A stretch of DNA of 64,000 nt from an uncultured Acidobacteriota bacterium (GTDB lineage Bacteria > Acidobacteriota > Vicinamibacteria > Vicinamibacterales > UBA2999). Position numbers and translations under genes: made by a program. Positions 40,338 through 46,671 of the stretch are shown here, one piece after another. Every line of letters begins with the position of its first letter. Position 1 is the stretch's first letter. The stretch spans positions 91,930 to 155,929 of the forward strand of contig CAVZXA010000007.1 of NCBI GenBank assembly GCA_963779175.1, written 5' to 3'. Below the pieces are notes generated by a model, which ran no database searches, was not told the origin of the DNA, and was given only the letters and a program-made list of their open reading frames with translations.

Positions 40338-40436
40338 CAGGTCCTCCTTCCTGTAGAACGGAGGACGCGAGGATTCTTGCAGGACCGGTTGGAGCTCCGT
40401 CCGGCCGCCTGACCGACTCGACCATATAATCTCGCC

Positions 40437-40795
40437 GTGGCCCTCACCCCCGGAACGCGTCTCGGCGTCTACGACGTGCTCGCCGCCATCGGCGAGGGCG
40501 GCCCGCCTTCGCTCGCGCATGAGGCGTGCGAGCTTCGGCGAGGTCTCGCCGTAGCCCGATGGGGCTCGACATGGTGATCGGCGAAATAATCGGGCCGTAC
40601 ACGATCATCGCGAAGCTGGGCGAAGGCGGAATGGGACAGGTCTGGCGGGCCCGCGACACCAAGCTGAATCGCGACGTCGCGCTCAAGGTGCTGCCCGACT
40701 CGTTCGCCCACGACCCGGAGCGTCTGGCGCGGTTCACGCGCGAAGCGCAGACGATCGCCAGGCACCTGCGCACGGTCGCGCCGGGGAACAAGTAA
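40437..40795 (+). pseudogene. K4: kinase 5' fragment (promoter, N-terminal stub, hairpin insertion, second N-terminus, truncated after ~60 kinase residues)
   Basis: TATAAT 40425-40430, then GTG 40437 encoding [23 protein letters not shown] 128-bp segment follows, then ATG 40571 encoding [61 protein letters not shown]. Homology stops there, and the stop is at 40795. Confidence 0.8.
40502..40560 (+). repeat. Hairpin-rich REP-like element (copy in K4)
   Basis: cccgccttcgctcgcgcatgaggcgtgcgagcttcggcgaggtctcgccgtagcc. Nearly identical copies lie at 46596-46654 and 54393-54451. Confidence 0.75.
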
Positions 40796-40853
40796 GGGAC
40801 CGTCACCGCCTAGATCGGCGAAGGCGGGCCGACGAGCCCAATTGCCAAGTTGC

Positions 40854-40873
40854 AGCGTGTAACGTGACACGCT
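40854..40873. promoter_or_regulatory. Palindrome AGCGTGT-aacgtg-ACACGCT, candidate HigA operator
   Basis: 7-bp perfect arms. It overlaps a TACACT -10-like hexamer (40873-40878) located 7 nt before the higB GTG. Confidence 0.5.
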
Positions 40874-40885
40874 ACACTTCGCGAT

Positions 40886-41176
40886 GTGCGGATCAGGGGA
40901 TTCCTCCACAAGGGGTTGCGGCGTCTGTACGCCGATGACGATCCGAAGGGGCTCCCGGCTGATGTCGTGGACAAGCTTCGGAAGATGCTGGCGTTCTTCC
41001 AGGAAATGGAGAGCGTCGACGAACTGCGTGCGATCCCGGTGTGGAAAGCGCACCAGATGAGCGGGAACCGCAAAGGCGCCTGGAGCCTTCACGTGACGCG
41101 CAACTGGCGTCTGACGTTCAGGGTGGACGTGGTCGAAGGCGAAATTCTGGATGTGAACTATGAGGACTACCACTAG
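40886..41176 (+). CDS. higB: HigB-type toxin (RelE/ParE superfamily, plasmid maintenance system killer)
   Basis: 96-aa ORF reading (V)RIRGFLHKGLRRLY..., typical of the HigB N-terminus. It is followed by an overlapping HigA-type HTH gene. Confidence 0.85.
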   Translation: MRIRGFLHKGLRRLYADDDPKGLPADVVDKLRKMLAFFQEMESVDELRAIPVWKAHQMSGNRKGAWSLHVTRNWRLTFRVDVVEGEILDVNYEDYH

Positions 41177-41489
41177 CAAGACACGCGCGACTCGGATGCT
41201 GAATCCGCCGCATCCTGGCGCCTTCCTGGCCACCGAGGTCATCCAGCCCCTGGAGCTGTCCGTCGCCGCGGCGGCGAAGGTACTCGGCGTGTCTCGGCCG
41301 GCGTTGTCGAATCTGCTCAACGGCCACGCCGACCTCTCCGGCGATATGGCCCTGCGCATCGAACAGGCGTTCGGCGTCAAGATGGACACGCTGATGCGCA
41401 TGCAGTCGTCGTACGACATCGCGCGCACCAGGGAGCGACAGCATACGATTCGCGTCCGTCGCTACCACGCGTCGGAAGCACGTCCGTAG
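41160..41489 (+). CDS. higA: HigA-type antitoxin (XRE-family HTH)
   Basis: 109-aa ORF containing PPHPGAFLATEVIQPLELSVAAAAKVLGVSRPALSNLLNGHADLSGDMALRIEQAFG. Confidence 0.88.
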   Translation: MRTTTSKTRATRMLNPPHPGAFLATEVIQPLELSVAAAAKVLGVSRPALSNLLNGHADLSGDMALRIEQAFGVKMDTLMRMQSSYDIARTRERQHTIRVRRYHASEARP

Positions 41490-41512
41490 CTCGGCGGACT
41501 CAGGAGCACACG

Positions 41513-44314
41513 CTGGCCCTCACCCCTGGCACCCGACTCGGCGTCTACCAGATCACCGCGCCGCTCGGCGAAGGCGGGATGGGCCAGGTGTGGCAGGCGA
41601 CCGACACGTCCCTCGGCCGCCAGGTGGCCATCAAGATCTTGCCCGAGGCGTTTGGCGCGGACCCCGACCGCCTGGCGCGCTTCGAGCGCGAGGCGAAGAC
41701 GCTCGCCTCCCTGAATCATCCGCACATCGCCGCGATCTATGCCGTCGAGAAGTCCGGCCCTTCGACAAGCTCAGGGCAGGCAGGCTCAGGGCAGGCGGTC
41801 GTGCGTGCGCTGGTGATGGAGCTGGTCGAGGGCGACGACCTCTCGCAGCGGATCGCTCGGGGCGCGATCCCGCTCGATGAGGCTCTGCCGATCGCCAAGC
41901 AGATCGCCGAGGCGCTGGAGGCCGCGCACGAGCAGGGGATCATCCATCGCGATCTGAAACCCGCGAACATCAAGGTGCGGTCTGACGGCACCGTGAAGGT
42001 GCTGGACTTCGGTCTCGCCAAAGCGCTCGACGCGAATGCGTCGAGCGCGACGGCGGAGGCGATGAACTCGCCCACGATCACCTCTCCAGCCATGACGCAA
42101 GCCGGGGTCATTCTCGGCACCGCCGCCTACATGAGCCCTGAGCAGGCGCGCGGCAAGCCCGTGGACAAGCGCGCGGACATCTGGGCGTTCGGCTGCGTGC
42201 TGTTCGAGATGCTCACGGGCACGCGCCTCTTCGCTGGCGACTCGGTGCCAGAGACGCTGGGACTCATCTTCTCGCGCGAGCCAGACCTCCCGACGCTGCC
42301 GGCGGGAACGCCCGCGCGCGTGCGCACGCTCATTGCGCGGTGCCTGGTGAGGGATCCGCGGCAGCGCCTGCGCGATATTGGCGAGGCGCGCCTGGCGCTC
42401 GAGGGCGCGTTCGAGCCCGCCGAGTCGCAGCCCGCCACGCCAGCGCCAGCGGAGCGTTCGCGGGCAAGGGTTGTGGCCGCCGTCGCCGTCAGCGGCCTCC
42501 TGGGTGCGCTCGTCGCTGCAGCAGCGATGTGGTCGCGGCCGGCCGCTCGTACCCCCGCACCAGAGGCCACCGCGCGCGTGTCAGTGATGGTGCCGGCCAA
42601 CCGTCCGATCTCCATCAGCGGCTCGCCCACGCGGTCGCTTGCCCTCTCGCCTGATGGCACGCAGCTCGTCTACGTGGGCACGAATCCGGACGCGCCAGCC
42701 GATCCGCTGGGCAGGCGCACGCAACTGCTGGTGCGGTCCTTGAACACTCTGGCGGTGCGCGACCTGCCGGGCACCGCCGGGGCGCGTCAGCCGTTCTTCT
42801 CTCCCGATGGCCAGTGGGTCGGCTTCTTCACCCAGACCGGCGAACTCAAGAAGGTCGCCCTCGCGGGCGGCACTCCCGTGACACTGGTCGAGAAGATCGA
42901 GGGCAGCGGGTCCAGTTTCGGCGTGTGGACGGCGCAGGGCGCGATTGCCTTTGGCACCCCATCCACGGGGCTGCGCCGGGTGTCGGCCGAGGGTGGCGCG
43001 GTCACCGAGCTCACCACGCTCGACGTCGCCAATCGTGAAGCCAGCCACTCCTTCCCGGGTCCTGACGCCATCGGGCCGGGCCGTGCTCTTCGTCGTTCGC
43101 ACCGGGAGTCTCGGCCTCCGCACCGAAGCCGTGATGCTCGACACCGGGGCGCGTCGCCAGGTGGTCGAGAACGCGCGCCCGCTTCTCGTGTTGAGCAGCG
43201 GGCATCTCGCGTTCGAACGTGACGACCAGGTTCTGGTCGCGCCGTTCGACCTGGACGGACTGGCGGTGACAGGCGCCGCGGTGCCGCTGGTGGACGCCGT
43301 GCGGCGCAGTGCCACGAGCGTGACGTCAGCCCCGACCGCGGAGTTGGCGGTGTCGAAGAGTGGCACGCTCGCCTACGTGCCTGCCATCGACGCGGCCAGC
43401 GCACTCGGGCTGGTTGGCCCGGAGGGGACCTTCGAGACGCTCGGCCCGCCGCCGGGCGATGTCTCGCGTCCGCGGGTGTCTCCCGACGGGAACGCCATCG
43501 CGTTTCTCGCGGCTCGGGGCCAGGATCTCGATGTCCAGGTCTTCGACCGTCGGCGTGGGAGCACGACGAGGGTCACACAGGACGAAGTTGCGTTTGGCGT
43601 GGCGTGGCACCCGGACGGCCGCTCGCTGGCGATCGTGCACCCGACGAAAGATAGCGCCGGGATCTTCCTCAAGCCTTTGGATGGACGCGAGCAGCTGCTC
43701 GCGACGGTGCCCCCGGGGGCCTTCATTCGCAGCCTCGCGTGGTCGCCCGATGGTTCCCAGCTGGCCTACACGGTGCAGACGGGCTTCCTGCACGACATCT
43801 GGATACTGACGATGGGCGACCCGCCTGTGACGAAGCCGTTCCTGAGTCGCCCGGCGTCCGAGTACAGCCCGGCGTTCTCACCCGACGGCCGGTGGCTGGC
43901 GTACGTGTCCGATGAGTCGGGGCGGGCCGAGGTATACCTCCAGCCGTATCCCGCGGGCGAGCGGCTTGCGGTGTCGACCGCTGGCGGCAGCGGGCCGGTG
44001 TGGCGGCGTGATGGCAAGGCCTCCTCTACCAGGGCGTCGACGCTGGTGTGTTGAAGATGATGGCGGTGGCGGTCACGCCGGATGGCGCGTCGCTGGCGCT
44101 TGGCAGGCCCACGGCGCTCTTCGACCAGCGCGTGCGGGGTGGCTCGGGTGCAGCGGAGCAGTACATGCAGAGCGGCAACACGGGCGTGGCCTACGACGTG
44201 CTGCCGGACGGACGCTTCGTGATGGTGCGCGGCGCCGACCCGAGCGGCAGCCGCGAGTTCGTGCTCGTGCAGCACTGGTTCGAGGAACTGAAGCGGCTCG
44301 TGCCGGTGCCGTGA
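41513..44314 (+). pseudogene. K5: Ser/Thr kinase - TM - TolB/PD40 propeller paralog, two apparent frame breaks, no canonical start
   Basis: A CTG sits where paralogs have the GTG/TTG start (cacgCTGgccctcacc). Kinase motifs are intact. The breaks are near 43053-43060 (TTCCCGGGT) and 44017-44024. The pieces are ORFs 41579.., 42945.. and 44048..44314. It has a C-terminal VLVQHWFEELKRLVPVP. Confidence 0.85.
41756..41797 (+). repeat. In-frame SGQA-type short repeat insertion in the K5 kinase domain
   Basis: ggcccttcgacaagctcagggcaggcaggctcagggcaggcg encodes GPSTSSGQAGSGQA, with a 15-bp unit tandemly duplicated. Confidence 0.7.
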
Positions 44315-44580
44315 CAGCAGGTGGCCTGTGGCCGAGCTCGGTCGGACTTCGCCCACAGTCCAATTGGGCCTTGTCCGTCACTGCGGATGACGGTTGCGTC
44401 GGCACCTTCGATGTTGGTCCCTATCTGGGAGACGCGGCGTGTGCGGACCTTCGCGACCACGCGCGAGTTCGTGAACGTGACCAACGGTGGGTACTGCGTC
44501 GAGTGGGACTGTGGTGCCGAAGTGTCCGCGGATACCATCGAGGCGCGCTGGCAGGTTGTCGCCGAGGCAGCTCGGGATCA
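44311..44580 (+). pseudogene. DUF2442-like remnant with frame break
   Basis: GTG 44311 overlaps the K5 stop (GTGA). One frame reads ..NWALSVTADDGCVGTFDVGPYLGDAA.ADLRDHA. The next reads EFVNVTNGGYCVEWDCGAEVSADTIEARW. There is no clean stop, and the family assignment is from memory of the DUF2442 pattern. Confidence 0.3.
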
Positions 44581-44599
44581 GGCGCCGGCGTCAGCCCGG

Positions 44600-44629
44600 T
44601 TGACAACGCCGCCTTCCTGTTGTCATAGT
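44600..44629 (+). promoter_or_regulatory. Sigma70-like promoter TTGACA-N17-TCATAG with embedded inverted repeat TTGACAAC/GTTGTCA
   Basis: ttgacaacgccgccttcctgttgtcatagt, about 8 nt upstream of ATG 44637. Confidence 0.5.
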
Positions 44630-44636
44630 CTCCAAC

Positions 44637-44933
44637 ATGAAAGCAGCCGAGCTGCTGCGCACGCGGGTGGCCCTGGCAGAAGGCGCGTTTGCGGAGCTCG
44701 TGTTGTGGCGTGTCCCGGTGCCGGTTCCCGGCTCGACGCACGGATTCAAGTACCGGCTCGCCTACGTCGTCAACGGCACCTGCGTCGTTCGCTACGACAA
44801 CGAATCGGGCAAAGGCGACCACCGGCACTTCAACACCAGGGAACGCCCCTACACATTCGAAACGCCGGAGAAGTTGATCGCGGACTTCCAGGCCGACATG
44901 GCGAGGTGGAACCGTGAAAACCGTCATTCTTGA
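44637..44933 (+). CDS. Small conserved protein, first gene of a putative TA-like pair (DUF6516/'TumE'-like; the name is recalled and unverified)
   Basis: 98-aa ORF reading ..ELVLWRVPVPVPGSTHGFKYRLAYVVNGTCVVRYDNESGKGDHRHFNTRERPYTF... It overlaps the next gene by 20 nt. Confidence 0.6.
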   Translation: MKAAELLRTRVALAEGAFAELVLWRVPVPVPGSTHGFKYRLAYVVNGTCVVRYDNESGKGDHRHFNTRERPYTFETPEKLIADFQADMARWNRENRHS

Positions 44934-45261
44934 TGTTCGTACCGCGAACTCGGCGATGCAGGATTTCGTGCGCGTGTGGCACAGCCGTAAGGCCGAGAAA
45001 TCCGCGCGCATCAGCTTTGATACGCCGGAGCTGCTGTGGAAGGTCCTGACGGCCAGGCGCCTGGAACTGCTCAAGGCGTTGTGCGGCGCCGGACCGATGT
45101 CCATTCGCGAAGCGGCACGCCGTGTGGGCCGCGACGTCAAGGCCGTCCACGGCGAGGTCACCGCGTTGCTGAAGGCCGGCGTGCTCGATCGCACTGACGA
45201 TGGCCTGATTGTGTTTCCGTACGAGGCCGTGAAAGTCGAATTCGTGCTGGCCGTGGCGTAG
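44914..45261 (+). CDS. wHTH (MarR/ArsR-like) DNA-binding protein, second gene of the pair
   Basis: 115-aa ORF. The pattern LTARRLELLKALCGAGPMSIREAARRVGRDVKAVHGEVTALLKAGVL is a winged-helix pattern. Confidence 0.65.
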   Translation: MKTVILDVRTANSAMQDFVRVWHSRKAEKSARISFDTPELLWKVLTARRLELLKALCGAGPMSIREAARRVGRDVKAVHGEVTALLKAGVLDRTDDGLIVFPYEAVKVEFVLAVA

Positions 45262-45283
45262 TGCCTGGCCTCAAGGGGCCAGC

Positions 45284-45772
45284 TCAGGACATCAGCCGCA
45301 GGCGAACATCCTGCACGCGTGCGACCATCTCGGCTGACGCGAGCTCGGGATGCTCTTCGAGCAACGCGAGCACGTCGGCCACGTCGTGTGCCCGCCTGCT
45401 GGATCGGCGCGCCGGCTCGACCGCCGCCGCCAGTTTCAGCACGATGAGATCGGCCACGCTCGCGACCCGTAGCCGCACGCCGTCGGCAAGATCCACCACG
45501 CCGGCGTGCGTGACGGCGTCAGCGATCCCTTCGTCTTCGGCGGAGAACTGCACAGCGGTACGTCGCTTCAGAGGTCCAGAGCCGGGCGCGCGCCAGTTGT
45601 CGCTGTGCTCATGACGACCAGTGTGCTCGAAGCCGGCGGCGAGCAGTGCCTGGCGGGGTACGTCGGCATAGGTGGGGACGGCGAGCTCGATATCGAGGGT
45701 CGTTCGAGGATCCGCGGTGTGCAGCTGCACGGCAACGCCACCGATGAGGGATAGGGCACGCCCTCCCGTTCG
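45284..45772 (-). pseudogene. 5'-truncated copy of the 208-aa minimal nucleotidyltransferase
   Basis: Collinear with 49395..50021 from ..EREGVPY.LIGGVAVQLHTADPRTTLDIELAV to the stop. Homology ends abruptly near 45773, where the RHH-PIN cassette operator begins. Confidence 0.75.
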
Positions 45773-45780
45773 GCTTGGCC

Positions 45781-45800
45781 TGTGCTACAATGGTAGCACA
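45781..45800. promoter_or_regulatory. Perfect palindrome TGTGCTAC-aatg-GTAGCACA containing TACAAT, candidate RHH operator/promoter
   Basis: 8-bp arms. TACAAT at 45786-45791 lies 9 nt before ATG 45801. Confidence 0.55.
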
Positions 45801-46106
45801 ATGCCCACGATGAAACGAACGGTGGGTCAAGGAGCCCGGCGGCCTGGTCGCACCGAAAAGATCAGCGTCTCCCTCGATCGCGCCGACGTGGCCCTCCTTC
45901 AGAAACGCGCCAGGCGCTTGTAAGGCGGCAATCTCTCCGCCGCGATCGCCGATGGCGTGCAGCGGGTGAAGGAGGAAGAGGGTCGAGAAGCCCTGGTCGG
46001 CTGGCTCGGGGAAGCCGCCCGCTTGACGAGCGAGCAGCGCGAGTCGATTCGTGCCGAGTGGCACGGGGTGCCCGCGCAGCACCGTCGCCGTGGGCGCGTC
46101 GCGTGA
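45801..46106 (+). pseudogene. Ribbon-helix-helix antitoxin interrupted by an in-frame TAA
   Basis: MPTMKRTVGQGARRPGRTEKISVSLDRADVALLQKRARRL-TAA(45921)-GGNLSAAIADGVQRVKEEEGREALVGWLGE.., all in the same frame. The stop TGA 46104-46106 overlaps the PIN GTG (GTGA). Confidence 0.7.
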
Positions 46107-46480
46107 TCGCCGGATTGACCCAGGACACCGGTGCACTCATCGCTCTCGAGCGCCGCCGGCAGCGCATGAGTCGGGCGTACGCGGCGGCGGTGGCCGACCG
46201 TCTGCCGGTGACAGTTCCAGCCGTCGTCATCGCGGAATGGTGGCGTGGCCGGTCAGCCGCCCGCGAACTGATCGTGCGCGGCGTTCGCGTGGAGAACACC
46301 ACGGCGGAAGTGGCGCAGCTGGCAGGCCAGGCCCTGGCCGTCGTGCCGGGCGCCGCCGCCATCGACGCGATCGTCATGGCGTCGGCGGCGTGTCGGGGCG
46401 ACCTCGTCTACACCTCTGACTTCGGGGACGTGGAGCGTCTGCGCGCCTACTTTCCGGCGGTGATGGTGTTGGCCGTCTGA
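46103..46480 (+). CDS. PIN-domain toxin (VapC-like)
   Basis: GTG 46103 reads (V)IAGLTQDTGALIALE.., followed by ..IDAIVMASAA..LVYTSDFGD. Acidic residues are spaced as in PIN domains. The track ORF begins at 46058. Confidence 0.7.
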   Translation: MIAGLTQDTGALIALERRRQRMSRAYAAAVADRLPVTVPAVVIAEWWRGRSAARELIVRGVRVENTTAEVAQLAGQALAVVPGAAAIDAIVMASAACRGDLVYTSDFGDVERLRAYFPAVMVLAV

Positions 46481-46518
46481 CGCGAGGCGCAGCGCAGAGC
46501 CAACGCCGGCGGCACCCG

Positions 46519-46671
46519 TATAATCACGCCGTGGCCCTCACCCCCGGCACCCGCCTTGGCGTCTACGACGTGCTCGCCGCCATCGGCGAAGGCGGCCCGC
46601 CTTCGCTCGCGCATGAGGCGTGCGAGCTTCGGCGAGGTCTCGCCGTAGCCCGATGGGGCTCGACATGGTGA
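46519..46671 (+). promoter_or_regulatory. K6 5' region: TATAAT-N6-GTG promoter, 46-codon kinase-stub uORF, hairpin element, uORF stop overlapping the K6 ATG
   Basis: TATAAT 46519-46524, then GTG 46531 encoding [22 protein letters not shown]. Hairpin element at 46596-46654. TGA 46669-46671 overlaps ATG 46665. Confidence 0.6.

Noticed and set aside
45921-45923. TAA in the RHH antitoxin as programmed read-through or recoding
   Set aside because: No recoding signal is evident, and other genes in the window use TAA as an ordinary stop (for example 1797-1799 and 58235-58237). A point mutation or sequencing error is simpler.
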